A stretch of DNA of 64,000 nt from Candidatus Bathyarchaeia archaeon (GCA_038897035.1 JAWAXF010000003.1:64-64063), one strand, 5' to 3'; positions 30,374-39,192 are shown, counted from the first letter of the stretch. The notes: generated from the sequence alone by a model not told the origin. A program made the numbers and translations.

Positions 30374-30414
30374 GTTAAGTAGAGGTAATGAAATACCATC
30401 TATCTCTACTTAAC
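30374..30414 (+). repeat. Perfect 11-bp inverted repeat (hairpin) downstream of tnpB, candidate IS right-end / omega-RNA structure
   Basis: gttaagtagag (30374-30384) and ctctacttaac (30404-30414) are perfectly complementary, with a 19-nt loop. The hairpin starts 19 nt after the tnpB stop. Confidence 0.55.
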
Positions 30415-30518
30415 TCAGAACCCACCTTGTGATCACTAATAAAGCCTTTTATTATAGTTCTGCTTGGCGGTTTTCTTAGTCGAGCTGAGAATTTAAAGTG
30501 GATTTGGACTTGTAGGAC

Positions 30519-30596
30519 TGGTGGGGTCGCCAGGATTTGAACCTGGGTCACGAGGGCCCAAGCCTCGTAGCCTAGACCAAGCTAGCCGACGACCCC
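30519..30596 (-). tRNA. tRNA-Pro (anticodon UGG), no intron, CCA encoded
   Basis: The manual cloverleaf has acceptor GGGGUCG/CGACCCC, D stem GGCU/GGCU (two G-U pairs), anticodon arm CGAGG-CUUGGGC-CCUCG, T arm CCAGG-UUCAAAU-CCUGG, and discriminator A followed by CCA. Confidence 0.85.
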
Positions 30597-30721
30597 GCGC
30601 CGCTAATCAATAAGTTATAATTAATATGAGGAGTTTAAAAATGCTATCCCGCATTTTGCTTGCAAGTTTTATATTTGTTTAATATTAATATTCTCTCTTT
30701 AATATAGGGGAGGTCTATGTT

Positions 30722-31027
30722 ATGCAGGTTCAGAGATTTAGGATGACTCCGACGAGCAGAGGTGCGCTGTTTAGAGCTAAGAGGTGGTTTTATTCCACAT
30801 TCTATACTAAGGCTCCACCTGAAGTCAAAGAAGAGAATAAAAGGGCTTGGGTCAGCCTGGCCGGGAAGATAATTGAGGAGCTTAATAGGCGTAACGCCTC
30901 TGATAAGCCGGCGAGACTAACGATAAGCTACGAAGTTGGCTCAAGAGGCGAGTTCAAGCCGATATCTGCGACCGTTGAGCTGATGGAGATAAAGCCCATA
31001 GAAGTATTCACAATAACGGTAGGATAA
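30722..31027 (+). CDS. Hypothetical protein
   Basis: 101-aa ORF. GGGGAGG lies upstream of the ATG. No motif recognised. Confidence 0.35.
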   Translation: MQVQRFRMTPTSRGALFRAKRWFYSTFYTKAPPEVKEENKRAWVSLAGKIIEELNRRNASDKPARLTISYEVGSRGEFKPISATVELMEIKPIEVFTITVG

Positions 31028-31285
31028 AACAGTGGAAATTTCGGTGAAGAAGACAATTCCTTCATCTCCCTTTATTTTAAAGTTTATCGTTTGAGCTGAT
31101 GAATGATGCTTTAGGTTGAGTTTTGGATCCTTATTTATGTTAGATTTAGATGAGAAGTCTAGGGCGAGTTGGGTCCACTATGAAATTGCAAAGAGCTCAA
31201 AAACCATAAAGGATATCTAATGAGTATCGTGAGAAGATAAGAAAAAGAGGGTGGACATAGAGTTAAAAGGCTCTCCAAGATCTCT

Positions 31286-31672
31286 CTAGCTTTCTACCCT
31301 CTCAACCCTAATTTTGTCGCCATCTCTAACCTTCTTGAAGACCTTTGGATCACCAATAATTTCCGCAAAGACGTTTACTGGATCAGCTGGCCTAATCTCT
31401 TTCCCCCGACTTATTGGCGTTGGCCCAAAGAATATGCAAAATCCTCTCCCCGGGGGCCAGTATCCTATATCTCCTGCTTCAACAACTTCCTGCGGGTTCT
31501 CCTCACTGAGCTCAACAGGTATTGTGAAGTATACTTCGTCGCCCCACCTGTGGGCTATCCCATCAAAGGGAAGCTTCTCCCAGATTGCTGCTGCGGTTCT
31601 CGGATTCCTATCCTCTAGCAGCTTAGCTTCTATAACACCAATCCTATCACATCTAATCCTAATTCTCTTCAA
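31286..31672 (-). CDS. Cyclophilin-like fold protein (TM1367-like family), paralog 1
   Basis: Carries RTAAAIWEKLPFDGIAHRWGDEVYFTIPV and GDIGYWPPGRGFCIFFGPTP, which match the small cyclophilin-like family. It is a paralog of 34162-34533. Confidence 0.55.
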   Translation of the reverse strand: MKRIRIRCDRIGVIEAKLLEDRNPRTAAAIWEKLPFDGIAHRWGDEVYFTIPVELSEENPQEVVEAGDIGYWPPGRGFCIFFGPTPISRGKEIRPADPVNVFAEIIGDPKVFKKVRDGDKIRVERVES

Positions 31673-31800
31673 TTAGACACGCCCAACCTTCTTTCTAAAG
31701 TCTTTAGTAAGGACTAGGCGTTTATTAAGGTTAATTCTGGTTTTATTTGAAAAGCCTATTATACTCCATGCTGCATACACTTATCTGATGTGGTGGACGA

Positions 31801-33291
31801 ATGAGGGAGATAAAGCGTACTAAAAGTATATGTCCAGAGTGCTTGAGAGTTTTAGAAGCTCTGATCTTTGAGGAGAATAATATTGTATATATTAGGAAGG
31901 AGTGCCCAGAGCACGGATTTTTCCAAGATGTTTATTGGTCTGATTATGAGCTTTATGAGCGGGCGAAGAAATTTGATTTCGTCGGCGATGGTATTGAGAA
32001 CCCCAGAACTACCATTAAAAATGGCTGCCCACATGACTGCGGAATCTGCCCCCAACATAAATCACATACTGCACTAGCAATAATAGATGTAACAAACAGA
32101 TGTAACCTACGCTGCCCAGTCTGCTTTGCAACAGCTGGCACAACAGGCTACGTTTACGAGCCAACGTTGGATGAGATAAAGAGTATGCTGATAAACCTAC
32201 GCAATAATAGGCCAGTCCCGGCGGATGCACTACAATTGTCTGGTGGGGAGCCGACCATTAGAGATGATCTCCCAATGATCATCAGAATGGCTAAGGAATT
32301 AGGTTTTAAGCATGTTGAGGTTAACACTAATGGCATCAGAATGGCTTCTGACTTAGATTACTGTCGCTCTCTTAAGGAGGTTGGCATGAGCACGGTTTAC
32401 CTCCAATTCGATGGTCTCACCTCGGAAGTCTATAAGTTTACCAGAGGCGTTGATCTAGTTGAGGTTAAAAAGAGGGTTATTGAGAACTGCAGGAAAGCTG
32501 GTATCGACAGCGTAGTCTTAGTTTGCACGCTTATAAGGGGCGTTAATGACGGCCAAGTTGGCGGCATAATAAGATTTGCGGTAGAAAACTTTGATGTCGT
32601 CCGCTGCGTTAACTTCCAACCAGTCTCATTATGTGGGAGACTCCCAGCTGAAGAGCGGATGAATATGCGCATAACGATACCAGACTGGATAAAGCTCGTT
32701 GAGGAGCAAACTGGCGGCCAAATAAGGAGAACAGATTTCTATCCAGTGCCCACCGTTGTTCCAGTCTCTAAAGCGGTTGGAGCGATTAAAGGCAGACGTT
32801 ATGTTGAATTTACGGCCCACCCGCACTGTGGGATGGCAACGTACATTTTCGTTGAGGATGGAAAGATTGTCTCCATAACTAGGTATGCGAAAGTGGACAA
32901 GTTTATTGAGACTATGGAGAAAGTTTACAGAGAGGTGGAAGGGGGCCATAAATTAGGGGCAAAGCTACGTCTCATAGGAGCATTAAGATACATTAAACTC
33001 AACCTACTTAGGAAATATGTATGGCCAGTTCTAAAGACGGGCAGCTATAAATCCTTAGGAGATCTGCACAGAAGGATGATACTAATTTCAGCCATGCACT
33101 TTATGGATCCATACAACTTTGATCTCGAGAGAGTACAACGTTGTGTCATACATTACGCAATTCCAGACGGCCGCATAATACCATTCTGCACAATGAACTC
33201 AATACACAGACCGATAATAGAAAAAGCACTAGGAATACCTATTGAGGAATGGAAGAGAGCTCGAAGAGCTGAAGTAAGTGCAGTTGCGTAG
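31801..33291 (+). CDS. Radical SAM enzyme with an N-terminal rubredoxin-like knuckle; tetraether lipid synthase (Tes / GDGT-MAS)-like
   Basis: CPECLRVLEALIFEENNIVYIRKECPEHG has the form CxxC...CxxH. An extra Cys cluster is GCPHDCGICPQH, and the radical SAM motif is TNRCNLRCPVCFA, followed by LSGGEPT. Length (496 aa) and architecture resemble MJ0619-type enzymes. The radical SAM call is firm; the Tes assignment is tentative. Confidence 0.6.
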   Translation: MREIKRTKSICPECLRVLEALIFEENNIVYIRKECPEHGFFQDVYWSDYELYERAKKFDFVGDGIENPRTTIKNGCPHDCGICPQHKSHTALAIIDVTNRCNLRCPVCFATAGTTGYVYEPTLDEIKSMLINLRNNRPVPADALQLSGGEPTIRDDLPMIIRMAKELGFKHVEVNTNGIRMASDLDYCRSLKEVGMSTVYLQFDGLTSEVYKFTRGVDLVEVKKRVIENCRKAGIDSVVLVCTLIRGVNDGQVGGIIRFAVENFDVVRCVNFQPVSLCGRLPAEERMNMRITIPDWIKLVEEQTGGQIRRTDFYPVPTVVPVSKAVGAIKGRRYVEFTAHPHCGMATYIFVEDGKIVSITRYAKVDKFIETMEKVYREVEGGHKLGAKLRLIGALRYIKLNLLRKYVWPVLKTGSYKSLGDLHRRMILISAMHFMDPYNFDLERVQRCVIHYAIPDGRIIPFCTMNSIHRPIIEKALGIPIEEWKRARRAEVSAVA

Positions 33292-33352
33292 GGGGAGAAA
33301 CTTATAAATTCCGCTTGTCTCCTCATATAAGGGGAATTGGGGGTAGAATAGA

Positions 33353-33679
33353 TTGGGCGGGAAGAAGAAGCCAACTCTCTCACAAGCCGAGAAGGCTCAG
33401 TTAAGGGGGGAATTAAAAGAGGAGGGGGCAAAGGAGACTAAAACTAAAGCTCCAGTAAAGGTGGAGAAGAAGCCTGCAAGCGCAATTATGCCGAACCCGA
33501 GAGATGAGAAAATTATAAAGGAGATACAGAAAATGAGAGTTCTAACACCATATACGGTTGCCTCAAAGTTCAACTTACGCCTAAGCGTCGCAAAAGACCT
33601 CCTTAAGGAGCTCCATAAACAGGGAATAATCACTTTCGTTTCAAGCGGCAGACATATAAAAATTTACAAGCCAGCATAA
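33353..33679 (+). CDS. rps25e: Ribosomal protein eS25 (S25e)
   Basis: A Lys-rich N-terminus is followed by IKEIQKMRVLTPYTVASKFNLRLSVAKDLLKELHKQGIITFVS, the winged-helix core of S25e. The start is a TTG. Confidence 0.8.
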   Translation: MGGKKKPTLSQAEKAQLRGELKEEGAKETKTKAPVKVEKKPASAIMPNPRDEKIIKEIQKMRVLTPYTVASKFNLRLSVAKDLLKELHKQGIITFVSSGRHIKIYKPA

Positions 33680-33778
33680 CAGACCTCGAAAGACGATAAA
33701 ACTACCTTCTAAATAATAGCCGACAATAATTTTGATATGCCCCTATGCTTCCTAATGACGCTGCTAATAAGGAGCTTT

Positions 33779-34105
33779 CTAAATTCTACAGCAGTACATG
33801 GCTATAACGGTTGTAATGCCAATAACCTTACTAAGATCATCGGGGTTAGCAATAGCAACCTCACTTTCCTCAAAGCCGCTCTCAGTTAAAATAGCTTCGA
33901 TCTTCCTAAGTGAATATGGAGCTAAGATAGCCTTTCCATCCTTTGAAGAGATTCTTGGGCAAAGAAAATAATTTAAGATAAACTTTGGGATAAGGCGTGA
34001 GGGAAGGCAGGCTAAAAAGTCTCCGCCGCCGAAACCACTGCAATCACTAAACAACGTTCTATCCGCAGTTAAAACTACCGGAAAACCGTTTTTACCGGCG
34101 GGCAC
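33779..34105 (-). pseudogene. N-terminal fragment of a B12-binding-domain-type radical SAM (COG1032-like) gene
   Basis: PVVLTADRTLFSDCSG...ILAPYSLRKIEAILTESGF...KVIGITTV matches the N-terminal domain of large archaeal radical SAM proteins. The ORF stops after 108 aa, and the radical SAM core is absent downstream. Confidence 0.45.
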
Positions 34106-34161
34106 TTTCGCCTCGCCAATTATTATTAAAAAGTTATTTAATTTAAATTATTTTGGTTGTC

Positions 34162-34533
34162 ATGTCAAGCATATCCAGGATACCAATAAAAATGCTTATT
34201 GAGGGGCTTGGCGAGGCAAGAGGAGCTTTAATAAGAATTCTCTCCCCAAGAACAGTAGATGCCGTCCTTAAACTCCTCCCATTAGAGGGGCGAGCGATTG
34301 TATGGCAAAGTGAAGTGTACTTTGAGATACCATTAAGGATGGGTATTGAGAAGCCAAGGGAGGTTGTGAAGAAAGGTGATATAGCATACTGGCCCCTTGG
34401 AAGAGCTTTCTGTATATTCTTTGAAGAGATGCGCCCCCATAGTCCAGTAAACCTGATCGGGCAGGTCGTGGAGGGCATAGACTTATTCAGCACCGTAAGA
34501 AATGGAACAAGAATTAAAGTTGAAAGGATATAG
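34162..34533 (+). CDS. Cyclophilin-like fold protein (TM1367-like family), paralog 2
   Basis: Carries RTVDAVLKLLPLEGRAIVWQSEVYFEIPL and GDIAYWPLGRAFCIFFEE, the same motif order as 31286-31672. Confidence 0.55.
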   Translation: MSSISRIPIKMLIEGLGEARGALIRILSPRTVDAVLKLLPLEGRAIVWQSEVYFEIPLRMGIEKPREVVKKGDIAYWPLGRAFCIFFEEMRPHSPVNLIGQVVEGIDLFSTVRNGTRIKVERI

Positions 34534-34656
34534 GCCCTCAGAAGAAAGCCCTTAGAATTAGAATTAAGGCTCAAATGCCCACAAATCCAGCTCCTTAAAT
34601 GGACATAAGGGGCAACTCTATAGCCATGAATTGTATAAGGCTCAGAATTTAAAAAG

Positions 34657-34813
34657 TGGCGGGCCCGGAGGGAATTGAACCCTCGACCTTCCCGAAGCGC
34701 CCCGATGCCATCAGAGCGCCCTCGCGGGTGTCTCCTCAGAGCGGCTTAAGAGCATCAGCCCCGCCGCCTTTTAGGGGCAGGACCGCCGCTCTACCTTGCT
34801 GAGCTACGGGCCC
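34657..34813 (-). tRNA. tRNA-Lys (anticodon CUU) interrupted by three BHB introns (29, 17 and 34 nt), CCA encoded
   Basis: The exons join to GGGCCCG UA GCUC AGCAAGGUA GAGC G GCGGG CUCUUAA CCCGC GGGUC GAGGG UUCAAUU CCCUC CGGGCCC G CCA (77 nt). The introns lie at 34754-34782, 34730-34746 and 34689-34722. Each is flanked by two 3-nt bulges separated by a 4-bp helix: CGGC/GCUG, CUCU/GGAG and CCCG/CGGG. Confidence 0.8.
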
Positions 34814-34880
34814 ACGTTTTTCTCAGAAGAAAGATAAGTTAATTGGATAGTTAATAACTTTTCTCCTTTATGGTGTTGGT

Positions 34881-35687
34881 ATGAGTGAGCTCATATTTGT
34901 CGGGTTAGGTCTCCACGACTGCTTTGATATTTCGCTCCGCGGCCTTGAGGAGGTCAAGAGAGCAGATTATGTTTTCGCCGAATTTTATACGAGCCTGATG
35001 CCCGGCTTTAAGCTCGAAGAGTTTAAGAAAATCGTTGGAAAAGACATAATTATAGTTTCAAGAAAGAATGTTGAGGACGAGGATGGTAAAATAATTTTTG
35101 ATAAGGCCTTGCATGACAGAGTGGCTTTTCTTGTTCCGGGTGATCCTATGATTGCGACTACTCATATAGCCCTTAGAATTAAGGCTGAAAAGATGGGAAT
35201 TAAAACTAAGATTATCCATGGGGCATCAATACTATCAGCTGCAATAGGGTTATCGGGCCTACAAAATTATAGGTTTGGTAAGAGCGTCACAATACCATTT
35301 CCTGAGGGAAGCATTATATCGCAGATGCCCTATATAGTCATATCCGAAAATAAATCTCGTGATCTACACACGCTTTGTTTTCTGGACGTTAGAGCTGAAG
35401 AAGCGAGATATATGCGTATTAAAGAAGCCTTAGAAATACTTATAAGATTGGAGGAAATTAATAGGCGGGGTTTTCTCGGAGAGGATAGTCTCGCTGTCGG
35501 TGTTGCTAGAGCTGGGTCAGAGAAGCCTATTGTGAAGGCTGATGTCATAAAGGACTTAGTGAAGTTCGATTTCGGCGACCCACCACACATATTGATCATA
35601 CCAGCAGATAAACTCCACTTCATGGAGGCTGAGGCTTTAATAGCCTTAGCAGGGGCGCCAAGATGGGTAATGGAGATGATTAGATGA
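34881..35687 (+). CDS. dphB: Diphthine synthase
   Basis: LIFVGLGLHDCFDISLRGLEEVKRADYVFAEFYTS and VAFLVPGDPMIATTH are the tetrapyrrole-methylase-fold Dph5 signatures. Confidence 0.85.
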   Translation: MSELIFVGLGLHDCFDISLRGLEEVKRADYVFAEFYTSLMPGFKLEEFKKIVGKDIIIVSRKNVEDEDGKIIFDKALHDRVAFLVPGDPMIATTHIALRIKAEKMGIKTKIIHGASILSAAIGLSGLQNYRFGKSVTIPFPEGSIISQMPYIVISENKSRDLHTLCFLDVRAEEARYMRIKEALEILIRLEEINRRGFLGEDSLAVGVARAGSEKPIVKADVIKDLVKFDFGDPPHILIIPADKLHFMEAEALIALAGAPRWVMEMIR

Positions 35688-35950
35688 ATAAAATTAGCAT
35701 GGAAGAAAGGGTACAGAAGTATATACTTAAGACCGAAAATGTTCTTAATAATATAAAAGTGATAGAAGACTCTATACTTATTAGCGGAAGGAACGTGAGA
35801 GGGGTTATTGAGGAGGCTGAAAGGTATTTTAAGGACGCAAAATATTATTTTGAGAGAAAAGAATATGAAGTTAGTTTAGCATCTATAGCCTATTGTGAGG
35901 GGCTTCTAGACGCTTTACGCATGCTTAGGTTAGCCGAGTTCAAGTGGTAG
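35684..35950 (+). CDS. Small helical protein (DUF357-like), commonly linked to ribL
   Basis: 88 aa ending in SLASIAYCEGLLDALRMLRL. It overlaps the dphB stop and precedes ribL. Confidence 0.4.
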   Translation: MNKISMEERVQKYILKTENVLNNIKVIEDSILISGRNVRGVIEEAERYFKDAKYYFERKEYEVSLASIAYCEGLLDALRMLRLAEFKW

Positions 35951-35961
35951 GGATTGCGGCC

Positions 35962-36441
35962 ATGGAGAGCGAAGAACAAAAAAGGGGAAAAGTGATATTA
36001 GCTGAAGGAACATTTGACCTACTCCATTATGGACACATTCACTATCTAACCAGCGCAAAGAAGGCTGGTGGAGAAAACGCTAAGCTAATAGTTATAGTTG
36101 CTAGAGACAAGACTGTTGAAAGACTTAAGGGTAGGAAACCCGTATTACCGGAGGATCAACGCAGGGCTATCGTTGAATCGCTAAAGGTTGTAGACGAGGC
36201 AATTCTCGGATATGAGGACATGGATATGTATAAGGTTATAGAGAAAATTAAGCCAGACATAATAGCGCTCGGATACGATAAGATTAGATTAGAAGAGGAG
36301 TTAAAGAAATACGTTGAAGAAAAAGGCCTGAACATAAAGGTCATAAGAATTAGTAAATTTGATTCCGCAGAACCAAACAGCTCATCGAGCATTAGGCGAA
36401 AGATTATAGAGGAATATCAAAGCCAGGTAAGCAGAAGATAA
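35962..36441 (+). CDS. ribL: Archaeal FAD synthase (cytidylyltransferase-fold), RibL-like
   Basis: Carries VILAEGTFDLLHYGHIHYL (the HxGH nucleotidyltransferase motif) and a C-terminal NSSSSIRRKI (ISSTxIR-type) motif. Confidence 0.7.
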   Translation: MESEEQKRGKVILAEGTFDLLHYGHIHYLTSAKKAGGENAKLIVIVARDKTVERLKGRKPVLPEDQRRAIVESLKVVDEAILGYEDMDMYKVIEKIKPDIIALGYDKIRLEEELKKYVEEKGLNIKVIRISKFDSAEPNSSSSIRRKIIEEYQSQVSRR

Positions 36442-36521
36442 GCACCCTTTACCTGAATCATAGAATGAGTTTTCCCATTCCATGCCTTTGCTTTGTATTA
36501 AGCCTTTAAGGTGTAGCGCGT

Positions 36522-37373
36522 ATGCTAATGAGAATTGGGTTTCACATGTCCATATATGGGTCCCTTGATAAGGCTATTGACAGAGCTCTTGAAATTGGAT
36601 GCAACACCCTCCAAATATTCACTAGGAACCCAAGGGGGTGGGCTGCTAGGCCGCTTAGGCGTAGTGAAGTAGAGTTATTTACAGTAAAAGTTAATAGAAA
36701 CGATATTAGACCAGTCTTCGCGCACATGCCATACTTACCAAATTTAGCTTCCCCAAGAAGTGACGTCCACATGAAGTCCGTTGAGACGCTCATAACCGAG
36801 ATGAAGAGATGCGAGATTCTAGAAATCCCTTACCTAGTAACACATTTGGGCAGTCATCTTGGACTTGGCTCTAAAATTGGCTTAGAGAACGTGGTTAAAG
36901 CAATAGATAAAGCATTTTCGGTTGCCGGTGAGAAGGTGGTTCTCCTTCTTGAGAACACTGCAGGAACTAGAAATAGTGTAGGCGGGTCGTTTAAGGATCT
37001 CCAATATATATTAGAAAGAACATTATGCCCGGACAAAGTCGGAATATGCCTTGACACTTGTCACGCATTCGCAGCTGGTTATGACCTCAGAACCGAGGAA
37101 GCAATAGAAAAAACGATAGAGACTATTGATGAAAGCGTGGGTTTTAACAGATTGAAGCTTGTTCACCTAAATGACTCGCAGGGAGACCTGAACTCGCGTA
37201 TAGACAGGCATGAACACATAGGTTTGGGGAAGATTGGCGAGAAGGGCTTCAGAAACATACTGAAGAGCAGGTTCGCCAGCTTGCCCCTGATATTGGAGAC
37301 GCCTGTAGACGGGAGGAGGAGCGATATAGAGAACCTAGTTAAGGTTAAGGAACTGGCTGGCATTAAATCCTGA
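36522..37373 (+). CDS. nfo: Endonuclease IV (AP endonuclease, TIM barrel)
   Basis: Carries VTHLGSHLG, LLLENTAG, ICLDTCHAFAAGYD and VHLNDS. Confidence 0.85.
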   Translation: MLMRIGFHMSIYGSLDKAIDRALEIGCNTLQIFTRNPRGWAARPLRRSEVELFTVKVNRNDIRPVFAHMPYLPNLASPRSDVHMKSVETLITEMKRCEILEIPYLVTHLGSHLGLGSKIGLENVVKAIDKAFSVAGEKVVLLLENTAGTRNSVGGSFKDLQYILERTLCPDKVGICLDTCHAFAAGYDLRTEEAIEKTIETIDESVGFNRLKLVHLNDSQGDLNSRIDRHEHIGLGKIGEKGFRNILKSRFASLPLILETPVDGRRSDIENLVKVKELAGIKS

Positions 37374-37378
37374 CACAT

Positions 37379-37720
37379 TTAGCCTTCTTTCGCCTTTATA
37401 TCACGTTTCTGCCCATATTGGTATGGGCGATTCATATTCTTCCTCCACTTTTCCAAGAAAATCTTATCAATGTCTATTTCTATCCCCCGAGTCTTCTCCA
37501 CGAGTCCAATAAAATCTAAGATGTAAAAAATGACGTCAATCAGCTCTTCGCTTATAACGCTCCAGTCCTCACCCTTCTTGTAGGCATCAGCCGCCTCGCC
37601 AAGTTCAACGAAGGCCCAGAGGAGCTTCTGAGATAGCGCCGTCTCATCATCCGGGAAGCCCTTGGTCTCAACCAACCTCCTAACAAGCCTCTTAGCCTCA
37701 TTAAAAGTGCATGAGCACAT
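37379..37720 (-). CDS. MazG-like nucleotide pyrophosphohydrolase
   Basis: The pattern LLWAFVELGEAADAYKKGE...EELIDVIFYILDF (ExxE...ExxD) fits the all-alpha NTP-PPase family. The gene overlaps the cysS 3' end by 20 nt. Confidence 0.65.
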   Translation of the reverse strand: MCSCTFNEAKRLVRRLVETKGFPDDETALSQKLLWAFVELGEAADAYKKGEDWSVISEELIDVIFYILDFIGLVEKTRGIEIDIDKIFLEKWRKNMNRPYQYGQKRDIKAKEG

Positions 37721-39152
37721 CTTTCCATGTCTCCTTTAGTCGCCACTTTGTTCCCCGAGGCGTATCTTCTATTATAAAGCCGAGCCTCTGTAATCTATCT
37801 CTTATTTCATCGGAAATTCTCCACTCTTTTCTTCTACGCATCTCCTGCCTAACTTCTAAAATAATCTCCATTAAAGAGTTCGTTAAGTCGCTTCTATATT
37901 CCGCTCCTTTTTTAACCTCAATCTTGATGCCCAAAACGTCCTCCAAGAGCACTTTCGTTGTCTCATAGACCTCCCTCTTAGTTGCTGCCTCTATGCTCTC
38001 ATTCTTATTGGCGTAAGTGTTTATTGCCTTCACCATATCAAATATTGCTGCTATTGCCAGTGGTGTATTAAAGTCATCATCCATAGCATCCTCAAACCTC
38101 TCCTTAGACTCACGTACTTGAGCTAAGAGGGTCCCCTCACTCCCTCCCATCTCAGCCCTCTCCTCAAGAGAGAGTAATCTCTCTATAGCGCCAAAAATCT
38201 TCTCGAGATTATCTTTGGCCTGCTCGATACTCTCCTTATTAAAATCTAACGGACTCCTATAATGCGCGGATATCAGAAAGAGCCTTAAAACCTGAGGACT
38301 GCACATCTTAAGCGCGTCACGAACAGTAATGAAGTTTCCAAGAGACTTTGACATCTTCTGCCCGTTAACAGTGAGCCATTCATTATGGAGCCAATATCTA
38401 GCAAATGGCTTCCCGGTTAGGGACTCCGCCTGGGCTATTTCATTCTCATGGTGTGGAAAAATCAGGTCTTTCCCACCCATATGTATGTCAAATGTCTCGC
38501 CAAGATACTTCATAGCCATAGTTGAGCACTCAATATGCCATCCTGGCCTCCCCCAGCCCCATGGACTATACCAAGCAGGTTCACCCTCCTTACGGGACTT
38601 CCAGAGGGCGAAGTCCGCCGGATTCCTCTTTTTGGGGTTAACCTCAATTCTAGCGCCCATTTCAAGGGCTTCCATTTTATTTCCAGAAAGTTTACCATAA
38701 TCCTCAAACTTTGATATGTCGAAGTAAACATCGCCATCGACTTGATATGCAAAACCTTTCCCAACGAGCCTCAGAATAGCCTCTATCATCTCAGGTATAT
38801 GCTGTGTTGCTCTAGGGCTTATGTCAGGTCTCCTTATACTTAAGGCATCCAAATCTTCAAAGTATGCATTGCTGTACATTTCGCTAATCTGTTGTACGCT
38901 TAAGCCAGTCTCTTGCGAACGCCAAATAATTTTATCATCTACATCAGTTATATTGCTCACAAGAATTACCTTGAAGCCTTTGTACTCTAGGTACCTATGT
39001 ACAACATCTGCAAATACAAACGCTCGGGCATTTCCGATATGGATAAAATCGTATACTGTTGGTCCGCAAACGTAAATTTTAACCTCATTGCTATGCAGTG
39101 GGACAAATTCTTCCTTACGCATGCCCAGAGTATTAAATACTCTTAAGCCCAT
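37701..39152 (-). CDS. cysS: Cysteinyl-tRNA synthetase
   Basis: Carries VCGPTVYDFIHIGNAR (the HIGH region), the GWHIECS zinc-site context, and KMSKSLGN. Confidence 0.92.
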   Translation of the reverse strand: MGLRVFNTLGMRKEEFVPLHSNEVKIYVCGPTVYDFIHIGNARAFVFADVVHRYLEYKGFKVILVSNITDVDDKIIWRSQETGLSVQQISEMYSNAYFEDLDALSIRRPDISPRATQHIPEMIEAILRLVGKGFAYQVDGDVYFDISKFEDYGKLSGNKMEALEMGARIEVNPKKRNPADFALWKSRKEGEPAWYSPWGWGRPGWHIECSTMAMKYLGETFDIHMGGKDLIFPHHENEIAQAESLTGKPFARYWLHNEWLTVNGQKMSKSLGNFITVRDALKMCSPQVLRLFLISAHYRSPLDFNKESIEQAKDNLEKIFGAIERLLSLEERAEMGGSEGTLLAQVRESKERFEDAMDDDFNTPLAIAAIFDMVKAINTYANKNESIEAATKREVYETTKVLLEDVLGIKIEVKKGAEYRSDLTNSLMEIILEVRQEMRRRKEWRISDEIRDRLQRLGFIIEDTPRGTKWRLKETWKDVLMHF

Positions 39153-39192
39153 ACTAATTCACTTTGAGTAAGAAGAATCACGTATAAAAGTC

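Larger units (their letters stand above)
28646..30414 (+). mobile_element. Decayed TnpB-only IS200/IS605/IS607-family element with a nested homing-endonuclease gene
   Basis: Covers the frameshifted HTH-TnpB reading frames, the 3' subterminal hairpin at 30374-30414, and a foreign 626-bp insert at about 29601-30226. No tnpA is present. Confidence 0.6.

Noticed and set aside
31095-31170. gctgatgaatgatgc and agatgagaag motifs resembling C and C' boxes in the 31030-31285 intergenic region.
   Set aside because: No CUGA D or D' boxes are present at appropriate spacing, and no terminal stem can form.
34689-34782. Box C/D small RNA inside the tRNA-Lys intervening sequence. Two CUGAUG motifs are present, and a CUGA lies exactly 12 nt after the first UGAUGC.
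   Set aside because: No terminal D box follows the second UGAUGG, and no acceptable C' box exists. The putative guides pair with the exons over only 5-6 nt. The motifs are fully explained as parts of the stems and bulges of three separate BHB introns.
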